Origin: Chiloscyllium plagiosum
Taxonomy: Eukaryota
NCBI RefSeq assembly: GCF_004010195.1
Contig: NC_057750.1
Location: 17,380,472 to 17,424,398, forward strand
Length of the DNA: 43,927 bases
Direction of reading: 5' to 3'
In this document: positions 1 through 11,789 of the stretch, piece after piece
How the letters are laid out: each line of letters opens with the position of its first letter
Numbering within the stretch: position 1 is the first letter of the stretch
Made by a program: the position numbers and the translations under genes
The notes under the pieces: generated by a model
What the model was told of the DNA's origin: nothing
The model's database searches: none
The model's input: only the letters and a program-made list of their open reading frames with translations

Positions 1-225
1 CCTCTCCGCCCCCACCCCCGTCTGACCTATCACCCTCACCTTTACCTCTTTCCACCTATCACATTTCCACACCCCTCCCCCAAGTCCCTCCTCCCTACCT
101 TTTATCTTAGCCTGCTGGACAAACTTTCCTCATTCCTGAAGAAGGGCTTATGCCCGAAACGTCGATTCTCCTGTTCCCTGGATGCTGCCTGACCTGCTGT
201 GCTTTTCCAGCAACACATTTTCAGC
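1..225 (+). mobile_element. Penelope-like element 3' end with hammerhead-type core
   Basis: C-rich tract, then CTGAAGA-A-GGGC-TTAT-GCCC-GAAACGTC (136-163) and GGATGCTGCCTGACCTGCTGTGCTTTTCCAGC, shared with the copies at 2291 and 3116. Confidence 0.75.
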
Positions 226-516
226 CACCATGGCCTTTCTCCAACATTCCCTCACAACACCGGCCTAGAGATTCAATTAGAATTCTGGGTAACTCCAGGC
301 CAGTCCTCAAGGATTGGCCATTCACCGCTCCTTCTAACACGATTCTCCTGTTCCCTGGATGCTGCCTGACCTGCTGTGCTTTTCCAGCAACACATTTTCA
401 GCCACCATGGCCTTTCTCCAACATTCCCTCACAACACCGGCCTAGAGATTCAATTAGAATTCTGGGTAACTCCAGGCCAGTCCTCAAGGATTGGCCATTC
501 ACCGCTCCTTCTAACA
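163..516 (+). repeat. Perfect 177-bp tandem duplication (163-339 / 340-516)
   Basis: The two units read identical by eye; the ORF 150..593 peptide repeats accordingly. Confidence 0.95.
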
Positions 517-1062
517 ACTTCTGCAAAGTGGTTGGGAATCCCAGAACACATCCCAGAAGCCCCCATGACCAAAGTTGGCAGACCAACGAGTAATGGGTGT
601 GGAAACCGCCTAACCTACCAGCTCAAAACCAGGCCTCTTGCTCAGCTTACTCTGCGTTTCAGCTCTATGCACAATGGATGGCCTTAGACTGGTCAGCATT
701 GGAACTGTCGACTTCTGTCCTGAATCAATCGATCTACAGACAGAAACTGGCTCTGGGATGGGAATGAACAAGTTAAACAAAGAGTATTCCGACACAAACA
801 GATTCCAAATAAACACAGGACTTAACCCTGAGGCCATTCACTTCAGAAAAAAATTAACCTGCTCAACAGGGACCTCGCTGATTAAAGGTCAAGCCACTAT
901 CCAGTGAACATTACAGACCTGGCCCACACACTCACCACCATTCTAGCTCATAACATGTATATACATTGCAACAGTTAATGTCAGCTACACAATTTTCCTC
1001 ACTGTCTTCACCTGGGTAATAGCTGTACATATAATAACACATATATACCTTTATATAGAGCA

Positions 1063-1285
1063 AAGTTAAAAATCACACAACGCCAGGTTATAGTCCAACA
1101 GGTTTATTTGGAAGCACTAGCTTTTGGAGCACTGCTCCTTCATCAGGTGTTCTTCATCACAACCGCCTGATGAAGGAGCGGTGCTCCGAAAGCTAGTGTT
1201 TCCAAATAAACCTCTTGGACTATAACCTGGCGTTGTGTGATTTTTAACTTTGTACACCCCAGCCCAACACTGGCACCTCTACATC
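1063..1285 (+). mobile_element. Fold-back Penelope-derived mini-element with hammerhead core
   Basis: About 85-bp inverted arms (1063-1148 vs 1164-1250), then a 3' tail TGTACACCCCAG.CCAACAC.GGCA.CTC. Core CTGATGA-A-GGAGC-GGT-GCTCC-GAAAGCTA at 1167-1195. Sits in TA-rich sequence. Confidence 0.8.
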
Positions 1286-1435
1286 ATTATCTAGAATATC
1301 ATATGTAACACATATAACAACACATTATATACATATAATATATGGCATCAAATGCCTCTGTATATATAAATATATATAATATGTACATGTAAAACACATG
1401 TAACTATACCACTTTTCCTGGTCAGGATGGAAATG

Positions 1436-1539
1436 AAGTTAAAAATCACACAACACCAGGTTATAGTCCAACAGGTTTATTTGGTGTTGTGTGATTTTTA
1501 ACTTTGTACACCCCAGTGCAACACCGACATCTCCAAATT
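1436..1539 (+). mobile_element. Short fold-back Penelope-derived element
   Basis: Same start (AAGTTAAAAATCACACAAC) and tail as the 1063 and 19121 copies; 12-bp TSD AGGATGGAAATG at 1424-1435 and 1540-1551. Confidence 0.8.
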
Positions 1540-1904
1540 AGGATGGAAATGGTTCGGGTATTTTGCCTATGCAGCGGAATGTTTTAACTGATGCAGCAAT
1601 ATCCATGTTATCACCTCTATCATAAGAAATTAGATGTGGATATCCTGCTTTTAAAGAAACCCAAAAGGTCCTTATTACAAATAGCTGTTATGTGGAAACG
1701 TGACATTCCTTGTAAATGTCAGCTCGTCATTTCCACCAGAAAGCATATTTCCAATAGAGTGGTATGCTTCAAGTGATCTAAGGGAAGGTGGAGTAGGAGA
1801 TCTTTATCCCTTCAGATCACATGCTATGATGCAGCAATGATATGATGAGCATGTCGCTGAAAGGCTCACTGACCATGAGTCATAACGTAAGCAATATCAA
1901 TTAC

Positions 1905-2165
1905 CTATTAAAGACGGAAGTGAGGAGAAAATTCTTCTCTCAGAAAGGGGTGAAACTGTGGAATTCTTTATCACTGAGGGCTGATGGGCTGCGTCTTTAA
2001 GTATGTTCAATGTTCAGCTTTTTAATTCGGCAAAAGAGCCAAGGGTTATGTGAAAAAGGCACAAAGACGGAGATGAGGATTATCAGATCAGCCATAATCT
2101 CATTAAATAGCAGAGTAGACTTGGCGGGCTGAAGCGCCTACTTCTGTTCCTACCTTTTATGGTCC
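1905..2165 (+). mobile_element. Old CR1 LINE 3' fragment
   Basis: GAGGAGAAAATTCTTCTCTCAG...TGTGGAATTC...ATCAGCCAT...CCTACTTCTGTTCCTA, shared with other CR1 3' ends in the window. Confidence 0.7.
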
Positions 2166-2290
2166 TGGAGACCTCAGGCAATCCTGGATGGACGGTAACC
2201 CCCTAGCCTCCAGTTCTTACTTAAATAGCCAACGGGGTAACGAAGAGGGCTGTTCAGTGGAACAATCCGGAGTCAGCTCAGAATTACACA

Positions 2291-2398
2291 CCTGAAACGT
2301 CGATTTCGAAGCTCCTTGGATGCTGCCTGAACTGCTGTGCTCTTCCAGCACCACTAATCCAGAATCTGGTTTCCAGCGTCTGCAGTCATTGTTTTTAC
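2291..2398 (+). mobile_element. 5'-truncated Penelope-like 3' end
   Basis: GAAACGTCGA...GGATGCTGCCTGA; 14-bp TSD CTCAGAATTACACA at 2277-2290 and 2399-2412. Confidence 0.75.
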
Positions 2399-3115
2399 CT
2401 CAGAATTACACAAACAACCAACGTTTCAGTCACCTTAGTTAGAAGCTGCATGTCGTCATACACAGGCAGCTGCCCCCTGCAGGGGAAATGAGTGTGGTCA
2501 TGCATGGCACCATCTCAGAATTAAACAAAAGCATAAGGTCCAACCTGGTGCATTCTATATGGCAACACCTTGACCAATCGAAGTTGATTTATCAACCAAT
2601 CAGCATCGGGAATAAATTATTGTTCCCTTTGAAATGTGGTATTCTTGCGCCTGTCCTGATGAGCGCAAGAGGAAAAGTTTCAACATGTGTCTTTTCTTCA
2701 GCCAATGCCCTTAACATTGTATTGAAATGGATACAGACTGTCAGCTCTTGGAGTTTTCCTGCTGTTCATCCCTTTGGTCCCACCTGGTGTTTTTAGATCC
2801 TTGCTCTCTCCACTTCGGTCATCCGTTTGAGTTCCCGATCTCCTCTTTCCACAGCTTCTTATTCCTTTTCTTCTGGAGAAATTGAAGCGACAACTCTTGG
2901 ATTTTCAACAATCTGGTTAGACATAACACTGGTACCTGAAACACGTTTATTTCTTCTGATTGACATGAGTAGTACATGTCACCCTGCATGATCTCACCTG
3001 TTTAATAAGGAGGCCGCGAAAGGAGTGGTCATTGTGAGATGACTGATGTTTTCTTCCAAAAGGTGGCACTTATCATAGAATTATTACATTATGGTAACAG
3101 CATAGGAAACCATTC

Positions 3116-3243
3116 CTGATGAAGGGCTTTTACCCGAAATGTCGATTTTCCTGCTCCTCGGATGCTGCCTGACCTGCTGTGCTTTTCCAGCACCACGATA
3201 AACTTGACTCTAATCTCCAGCATCAGCAGTCCTCACTTTTGCC
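3116..3243 (+). mobile_element. Penelope-like 3' end with degenerate hammerhead core
   Basis: CTGATGAAGGGCTTTTACCCGAAATGTC; 13-bp TSD TAGGAAACCATTC at 3103-3115 and 3244-3256. Confidence 0.75.
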
Positions 3244-3823
3244 TAGGAAACCATTCAGTTCACTGTGTCTATGCTGGATCCCTGGTAGACCAATTCAACT
3301 ACTCCCGCTGCCTCACCCCCACTCCACAAATAATTTCTCTTCAACCGCTTATGCTATTTTCTATTGAAAGCTGTGATTGGATCTTCCTCCATCACACCGT
3401 CAATTCACTGCTTCCCATGTCTCGGGAATGAATAAGCTTAAAAAGTAATGTAGGTCCTAACTATTCCTTGTGTAAAAACCTTTTTTTTTCCCATGTCAGC
3501 ATTGCTTTGTTTTTCAATCACCTTATACAGTTCTCCCTGGTTTCTTGCTAACATCAGTGGTTTCTCCGAATCAACTTTGCCCTTTGTACTAATCTTTCAT
3601 GCATTGTTGGTGCACAGAGACAGAGTTTCTAACTGTCCGCACGCACCCTTGTTCAGGATCACCAATACCCATGGCCCAATATTCCAGGGAATGGTGCCAG
3701 GCTGAAACAAAATGCAGGAGGTCTTTCTCCCAGCTTGGGAAAAAAATCGCATCCTTAAACAGAGAGAAAACATCCGATCCAAAGTGCGTCCAGCTTTTTG
3801 AATACTCCCTCTTTGTCACCCAT

Positions 3824-4402
3824 TGTTATGGACCAGGCCAGACCCCCTCAAAACGTTGCTATATTCCAGGAGAGGATCAGCTGGTCAAATCACTTAGTTT
3901 TAAACAAAACAGAATTTATTTACAAGATTACCAAGTGAAACACAAACGACAGAAAACAGAATACTGAATAACCTATCCTATCCATAAACCAACAGATCAT
4001 CCCAACTTAATGATGCTATTCCAAATACTTGCAACGATCCCCATAACCACCCCTTGGTACAAAAGGTAAAATTAAATACAAGTCCTTACCAGGATCAAGG
4101 CGAGGGAGAAAGAAAGGACCAGCCTGGATCTGCTTCTGTGCGCCCAATAGGGTTTCCACATTACTGCTATAAAATACAAACCAGAGAGGTGCTGAGCTGG
4201 GAGAACTGGCCACTCCCCTTTCATTGTACAAAATATTTTTAAAAAGCTTGAAAGCCTCTGTTTGAGGCAGTATCTGTTAGCTATTATCAAATTGCCCCTG
4301 ACCCCTTTACCCCAGACTTTTCGGAGTCTGTGTCATTTATGACCTCTTTGAAAAACAAAGCCAAGGACAGCATCACCTTGTTAAAGGAGCAGCTTGGACA
4401 CA
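3824..4402 (-). mobile_element. Probable solo LTR
   Basis: TG...CA termini, 579 bp, flanked by CCAT/CTAT (4-bp TSD with one mismatch); AATAAA on the minus strand near 3915. Confidence 0.5.
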
Positions 4403-5664
4403 CTATCCAGTGTCCCTAACTAGCTCCTCTTTCACTTTGATTTCAGCAGCAGCTTCTTCCAATTTCAATTCAGATGCAAAGTATTTACTTGCTACTTTGG
4501 CCATACCCTGAGACAGTGTGTCAAAAGCCCAGTTTTGCTTCCTAAACATCCCCAGTCCTCCGACATGTCTCTTACTGCTAATATGTTGAGAGAAGGTTAT
4601 TGGAATCCCTTTTTGAAAAGTGGACTCTAAAGGCTAAAAGTGTTGCCATAGAAAATTGATGACTGACAGTTAACTGCTAAGCTTTGTTTAAATTTAAACC
4701 ATGCTAGTTGACTCTAATTGATCAAGACATTGTCCAGAGGAATAATCTGACTCTCACTTATTTTGTTGAGTTGAACAAGATGTAGTTTGTGTACAAGTAT
4801 TTTCTATCCACAAAGAATAGCAGCCAGTGTATGTAGCTTCCATAACACTTTTTTCCAGCAATATTCAAGTTTTGTTCTATCCAAGAACTTTTTTCTTTGA
4901 TATCAACCCTTCCTCCTGTGTCTCCCATTGATTTGAACACTTCTAATAAATCTGTTCAACGTTCTCAGCTGTACAGAGAGCAATCACGGTTTGGCCAGTT
5001 TCTCCATGTAACCAACATTATGCGTCCACTCACGTGCAACAAGCATACATCAGAAGGCAAGACGTGATCCATATTAAACCATCCGCCTTCACTTGGAATT
5101 CACAAAAGGTGACAGCCCCATAAATTAGGACAGGCACGTCTCCACAAAATAAACATGGGATTCCCAAATCTTGAGTGCACTGGATGTCAGGGCAAACACA
5201 GGATAGGGCAAGCGATGGAAGCTGGTGCCAAAAGCTCAATGCAGAAAGCCTGGACGAAGTGAAAGGATGTAGGGGTGAAATTTGAAAGGGGACTAAGGAA
5301 GGAAGGTGAGAGGATTTTAAAACAATTGGTGAGCAAAATCAAAGAAAACACAAAGATGATTGATAAAAGTATAGCACCTATTAGGGACCAAAACATTAAC
5401 TTGTGTGTGGAGGTGGTAAACATGAACTGGTTGTTCGTAAACGTCAAATCCTGTGCTTGTCACCTGAAAGAGTAGGGAGGTATGTTCATTAAAGAGAGTG
5501 TGAAATATTGGAAGGGGTAACTACAAATATTAAGGGCTTCTAGTGTCTTTAAGAGTGGATTAACTACGATGCCCAGATGAAATGCATTCCAGACGCAACA
5601 GAGCAAATGACTTCTCTGGTTAAAAGTGTGATGCTGGAGGACTGATTGCCTTGTACCATTTTAT

Positions 5665-5942
5665 ATCCATTCACAGGATGTGGGCATCACTGCTAGACCC
5701 CAGCATTGATTTATAATTACCTGTTAGGCTGTTTTAGAGGGTATTTGAAAGGCAGGTGTCTGATGTAAGTCAGACCAGGTAAACACGCCAGATTTCCTCC
5801 CTAAAAGAATATTAGTGAATGAGATATTTCATTTTTCCTAAACGGCATTTCACCATCTGCTGTCGTTAAGATTTTGAACTGATGTCCCCAAACCATTACA
5901 ACCTGAGGATGACACATGCAGTGACATTACCACCACTGCTGC
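5665..5942 (-). mobile_element. Degraded SINE with Meta-like central domain
   Basis: GACCAGGTAAAC.CGCCAGATTTCCTCCCTAAAAGAATATTAGTGAA resembles the reverse complement of the MetaSINE core; the tail resembles the second CR1-group LINE end. Confidence 0.45.
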
Positions 5943-5964
5943 CCCAGGGTGGAAAGGCTGGAGT

Positions 5965-6530
5965 GAGGGGTTACAGAGTAACTTGGGAATAATTCTGTGG
6001 GACAGTATTCAAGATCGGAGTGTGGATTAATCAAGGACAGTTTTGATGAGGGAAGGTCTTTTCCTCATGCATGAGATTGAAGTTCTCAAGGAGAGTCAAT
6101 GAGGTTTGCGCGTTTGATGTGGTCTACACTGATTTAAGTAAAGCTTTTGACAAGTTCTCATAACAGCTCAGTGAGAAAAGTAAAAGCCAATGACATCCAA
6201 GGGCTAGTGGCAAATTGGATTCAAAGTTGACTCAGTTGACGCAGTGGGGAAGGAACAGAATTGGGGGTCAATATTGTGACGGGAAACTTGTTTGCAGTGG
6301 GGCTCCTCAGGGATCAGTATCGCTCCTTGTTTGTTGAGGTATTAATGATTTAACCTTAAACGTAGGGGAAATGTTTTAGAAGTTTGCAGATGACATGTCC
6401 ACGTTATCAATGATGAAGCAGGAGAATATGTATAGACTGGAATTGTTCTCCTCAGAGAGTCTTTTGGGGAGGTCCGATTGAGGGTGGTAGGATTCTCAAA
6501 CTCACCCTCTGAAAGAGTAAGAGATGAAGT
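5965..6530 (+). mobile_element. Degraded CR1 reverse-transcriptase fragment
   Basis: Remnants of DVVYxDFSKAFDK (6115-6155) and SGxPQGSVL (6297-6322). Confidence 0.7.
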
Positions 6531-6534
6531 GAAC

Positions 6535-6810
6535 ACAGAATCACAGAAGTGCTATGGTGTAGAAGGAGACCATTCAGTCCATCACGCCTGAACTAGCTTT
6601 CCAAAGAGCCTTATGAGAGTGCCATTCTCCTGTCTTTCCCTTGTACACTATCTCTATTCAAATATCTCTATTCAAAACCGGCATCTCCACATCATGTATA
6701 TTCAAATAAACATCCAATGCCCTCTCAAATGTCTCAATTGACACCAGCTCCACAATACTCCTAGGCTGTGTTTTCCAGACCTGGAATCTGAAGATATTTT
6801 TGCCTCATGT
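6535..6810 (-). mobile_element. CR1 3' fragment containing a ~20-bp Penelope tail
   Basis: Reverse CR1 tail AGAAGGAGACCATTCAGTCCATC; embedded ACCGGCATCTCCACATC flanked by TATTCAAA repeats. Confidence 0.5.
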
Positions 6811-7439
6811 GTCTGCAATTTTGCAAATACAGCCATTTGCAAACGTTACAGCGCACCTCCAGGACAAGCGGTACTTCAACCAGAGGTAAAGGGGGGTACT
6901 ACCAATGTGCCAAAACAGTCTAACCAGGCTGGGGAAGTGTAGTGGGATGACTCGAATAGGCGCTACAGAAATGTAAGCCGTTGCCTTTCGCTGTGCGCAT
7001 GCAGACACTGAGTGAGGTTTGATCTCTGCAGCTGTCCATAGCCTTGTGACCTGGCAGCTGTATTTCAGAGCTGTCACCCTGACTGTCCTTGGACAGTATT
7101 GCAACAAGTGAAGGACACAGCAGCAGCTTGGAGTCACGGAGCATGACACAGTTTCTGGTAATTGTTCAGACTTTCTTCAAACTCCTTGCCTCTCTCCCAC
7201 CGCTGGGAGATACCACTCAATTTCATAATTAAGTTTTGCTAAATTGGAGCAACTATGAACATTCAAATATGTCGCTTTTTAAATATATTTATGTATATGC
7301 TGCATGCCTTCCCCCCCCCATGTTTACTGATCACTGCTGTCGACTGTATGCGTTTTAATCGTGAGAAACACAAAGATGAACTTCTGATAACTTTTAATGA
7401 AACTTTTTACCAACTTCGCCCCAGTCAATTTCACTCGCT

Positions 7440-7540
7440 CACTCGGAACCCTCCCTCCTTGCGGTGCTGATTGGCCAATGCGAGCCTTTTCCTCTACCTG
7501 ATTGGTTGCGGCTCACGTCAGTCACCATGTTGCGGTACGA
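7440..7540 (+). promoter_or_regulatory. Candidate Pol II promoter (two NF-Y boxes, CRE-like, YY1-like)
   Basis: GATTGGCCAAT (7469-7479) and GATTGG (7500-7505) 31 bp apart, TCACGTCA (7513-7520), CCATGTT, local CpG enrichment, donor-like G|GTACGA at 7535, all in non-repeat DNA. Confidence 0.6.
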
Positions 7541-7699
7541 GAATGATCTCCTGGGTCAGGGAATGGCCACCCAGGGTCTCTCCCTGCTCCCCACCCCCCG
7601 GGAGAGGCCTATACCCTCCCTGTCGGCAAAGAGGAGATTGTGTCCTTCAGACTGAACCAACATGAGCCATACCCATTGAGGGGCAATCCTGAAGGAGGG

Positions 7700-7889
7700 T
7701 TAATAGTTTCAGAATGAGCCAGACTTAAAACAGAAATGAGGAGAATTCACTTCTTGCGAAGGATTGTGAATTTGTGGAATCCACTACTGTGGAGTGTGGG
7801 TCATCTCAGGAGGAAAAATAAACAAGTTTTGGATTAATAATGGATTGAAAGGTGATAAGGAATTGGGCAGGAAAGTGGAGTTAAGGTCG
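7700..7889 (+). mobile_element. Old CR1 3' fragment, left half (continues at 11368-11450)
   Basis: ...GGCAGGAAAGTGGAGTTAAGG stops at 7889 and resumes as ATCAGTCTTGAT...GCAGGCTCAAGGG...CCTACT at about 11370. Confidence 0.65.
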
Positions 7890-10800
7890 CTATGAGTCAT
7901 ACACCAAGGAAACCCTTCGGTCCAACTCGTCCATGCTGACCGGATATCCTAAACTAATCTGGTCCCATTCGCCAGCACTTGGCCCATATCCCTCCAAACC
8001 CTTCCTATTCATATACCCATCCAGATGCCTTTTAAATGTTGCAATTGTACCAGCCACCACCACTTCCTCTGGCAGCTCATTCCATACACCCACCATCCTC
8101 TGCGTGAAACAGTTGCCACTTAGGTCCCTTTTAAATCTTTCCCCTCTCACCTTAAACCTCCGCCCTCTAGTTTTGGACTTCCCTACCCTGGGAAAAAGAC
8201 TTGGTCTACTTATCCTATCCATGATTTTATAAACCTCTATAAGGTCACCCCTCAGCCTCTGACGCTCCAGGGAAAACAGCCCCAGCCTGTTCAGCCTCTC
8301 CCTGTAGCTCAAATCCTCCAACCCTGGCAACATGCTTGTAAATCTTTTCTGAACCCTTTCAAGTTTAACAACAACTTTCCGATAGGAAGGAGACCAGAAT
8401 TGCACGCAATATTCCAACAGTGGCCTAGCCAATGTCCTATACAGCCGCAACATGACCTCCCAACTCCTATACTCAATACTCTGACCAATAAAGGAAAGCA
8501 TTCCAAACGCCTTCTTCACTATCCCATCTACCTGCGACTCCACTTTCAAGGAGCTGTGAACCAGTGCCCCAAGGTCTCTTTATCTGGCAACACTTCCCAG
8601 GACCTGACCATTAAATGTACAAGTCCTGTCCTGATTTGCCTTTCCAAAATATAACCCCTCACATTTATTTAAATTGAACTCTATCTGCCACTCCTCAGCC
8701 CATTTGGCCCATCTGATCAAGGTCCCATTGTACCCTGAGGTAACTCTCTTCACCGTCCACTACACCTCCAATTGTGGTGTCATCTGCAAACTTACTAACC
8801 ACACCTCCTATATTCACATCCAAATCATTTATATAAATGACAAATGGACCCAGCACCAATCCATGCAGTACACCACTGGTCACAAGCCGCCAGTCCCAAA
8901 AAATAACCCTCCACCACTACCCTCTGTCTCCTACATTCAAACCAATTTTGTATCCAAATGGCTAGTTCTCCTGGATTCCATGCAATCTGAGCTTGCTAAC
9001 CAGTCTCCCATGGGGAACCTCATCGAACAACTTACTGAAGTCCATACAGACAGCGTTCACCACATTAAATACTGACACAAAATACTCATTTAGTATCTCG
9101 CCCAGCTCCTGCAGTTCCACACATAGATGGCTTTGTTGATTTTGAAGGTGTCCTATTCACATATCCCATACCAGAGTTACTCTTTTGCCCTTAATGCATT
9201 TGTAGTGTCCCTTTGGTTCTCCCTAACCCTATTGGCCAAAGCTATCTCATGTCCCCTTTTAACCCTCCTGATTTTCCTCTTTGAGTATATGCTTACTGCC
9301 CTAATACTCCTCGAGGGATTCACTCGATCCCAGCTGTCCATACCTGCCTTATGCCTCCTTGTTCTCAATTTCTCTGGTCATCCAGCATTCCCTATGCCTT
9401 GGCCTTGCACTTCACACTATCAGGAATGTACTGCCTCTGGACTCTCATTAACTCATTGTTGAAGGCTTCTCACTTTCCAATTGTCCCTTTACCTGTGAAT
9501 AACCTCTCCCAATCAACTTTTGACAGTTCTTGCATCATATAATCAAAATTGGCCTTACCCCAATTTGGAACTCAAACTGTTTGATCTGGTCTATCCTTTT
9601 CCATCACTATTTGAAAACTAACAGAAGAATGATCACTTGCCCCAAAGTGCTCCCCCACTGACACTTACCCTGCCTTATTTGCCAAGAGAAGGTCAAGTTT
9701 TGCTCCTTCTCTAGTCGGTACATCGATATTATTGAATAATAACATTTTCTTGTGCACCCTTAACAAATTCCTCTCCATCCAAGCCCTTAATACTATGGCA
9801 GTCCCAGCCTATGTTTGAAAAGTTAAAATCCCATACCAGTACAACTCTATTATTCTTACAGATATCTGAGATCTCCTTACAAATTTGCTCCTCAATTTCT
9901 GGTTAACTATTGGTGGCGGGAGGCTGGGGGGGTAAGCTATAGTACAATCCCATTAAGATTTCTCAGTTCCACCCAAATAACTTCACTGGACATACTCCCA
10001 GGATTATCCTCCCTCAGTACAGTCATAATGTTATCCCTTACCAAAAACTCCACTCCCCTCCTCTGTTGCCCCTGTTTCTATCCTTCCTATAACATCTATA
10101 TCCTGGAACATCAAGCTGTCAGTTCTGCCCTTCCCTGAGCCATGCTTCTGTGATAGCAATGAAATCCTAATCCCATGTTCCCCAACAATGACCCGTGTTC
10201 ATGTGCCCTACCTGTCAGGCCTCTTGCATTGAAATAATTAATTTATCAGTCTTATCTCATTCTCTGCCCTGACTGTGTACTAGCCTAAAACTTCACTCTT
10301 GATTAGATTAGATTCCCTACAGTGTGGAAACAGGCCCTTCGGCCCAACAAGTCCACACCAACCCTCCGAAGAGTAACCCACCCAGACCCATTTCCCTCTG
10401 ACTAATGCACCTATGGGCAATTTCCCCAGGGCCAATTCACACATCTTTGGACTGTGTGAGGAAACCGGAGCACCCAGAGGAAACCCATGCCGAATGTGCA
10501 AATTCCACACAGACAGTCGCCCGAGGCTGGAATCGAACCTGGGACCCTGGCGCTATGAGGCAGCAGTGCTAACCACTGAGCCACCGTGCCACCACCCACA
10601 GTCTTTGACCCCCACCCACAGTCTTGGTCTCAGTAATCTGGCTGTCAGTGCTATTTTCCCTTGGGAGTCCATCACACCCCCCACCACCACCCACAGTACT
10701 TGTTTGAGATGTGGATAGCCACAGGAAACAGCTGCCTTCCCCTCCCATCCTGAAACTGCCATCCATCACACCCCCTAGCTCCTGTAAATTCCTCACTGCC

Positions 10801-11365
10801 TCTAACTGCCGCTCCAATCTATCCATACGATCCAATAGGATTTGCAGCTGAACACACCACTTGCAAACTTCATCATCAGTAACTTTTGAGATTCTCCCTA
10901 CTCTCCCACATCCAGGAACCACACGTCACTAGTAAAAGCCATCTCTGCACCTTAATCTACAGACCTAGAAAATAGCACTGTTTTACTGTTTTAAAAACAC
11001 TGCTCCAGGCTAACTTAATACCCATGTTTTAAATTTAAAAGATGTAACCAACAGAAAGATCTTTTTAAAAAAAAACCCTCCCCCCTCCTCACAGTTTTAG
11101 ATTTACAATAAAGGAACGGTTTATAAATTTTCTACATCTTAAAACTAAACGCTTAGTTGCTTGAGGCTCTGAAACTGCCAGCTGAGTAGTTCTGGTGATG
11201 AGGTCCTTCCAAGGTCCGCTGTGAAATGTCACTGATTACTCGTTTCTTCTATTGAACTCCAGAGCTGTCCACATGCTCTCTCCTGAAACTCCTACTCTCT
11301 CTCTCTTTCCCTCCATTTTAGAATATGATCGTTTCCGATCTTTTTTTTCCCCAGAAGTTCCAAAA
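7890..11365 (-). mobile_element. Near full-span HER1/CR1 LINE, internally deleted and degenerate
   Basis: ORF2 C-terminus (RPLLEYCVQFWSP, 7890-8549), RT motif FADDT (8695-8883), deletion junction near 9060, endonuclease remnants to about 10260, ORF1 CxxC/zipper remnant (VCKWCVQLQILLDRMDRLERQL, 10569-10922). Confidence 0.85.
10300..10593 (-). mobile_element. HE1-type tRNA-derived V-SINE
   Basis: Head GGCACGGTGGCTCAGTGGTTAGCAC...GGTTCGATTCC (A/B boxes), V-domain GGGTTTCCTC.GGGTGCTCCGGTTTCCTC, HER1-like tail with (AATCT)n. Confidence 0.9.
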
Positions 11366-11789
11366 ACATGAAATCAGTCTTGATTGTATTAAATGGTACA
11401 GCAGGCTCAAGGGACTGAATTACCTACTTATGCTCCTAGTTCTTAAGTTCTGATATAAAAATACAGTGAAATACTCATGTCACCATGCTTAAGGAGAGGA
11501 GACATTACTGTACTGTAGTTTAATAACAAGCAGCATCAAAGAACAGAAAAGTGGGGCAAGGTGGGAAGTACTTCAGCCCCACAATGGGGAGGGAGATGGG
11601 TGTCAGCCTGCTCTATTAGCTGTTGGCACATCATTTGATAAGCCAGCATTTGTTGCCATCCCCAATTGCTCTCGAATTGATAGTGATAGTGAGCCTGCAG
11701 GGTTCCCAAGTGGAAAATGACGGGCAAGTGCTGGTGTCGGGGTAATGTCATTGGTCTGTAAATCCAGGGGTAAACACAGTGCTATTGTG

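Noticed and set aside
1808..1864. Hairpin CTTCAG..ACATGCT/AGCATGT..CTGAAAG as a pre-miRNA
   Set aside because: Stem too short and loop too large.
2643..2690. Additional hammerhead at CTGATGAGCGCAAG
   Set aside because: No stem II closing onto GAAA; the core cannot be completed.
10520..10593. tRNA genes at SINE heads (also near 23950, 24479, 43043, 43690)
   Set aside because: A/B boxes continue into the SINE body; no complete cloverleaf.
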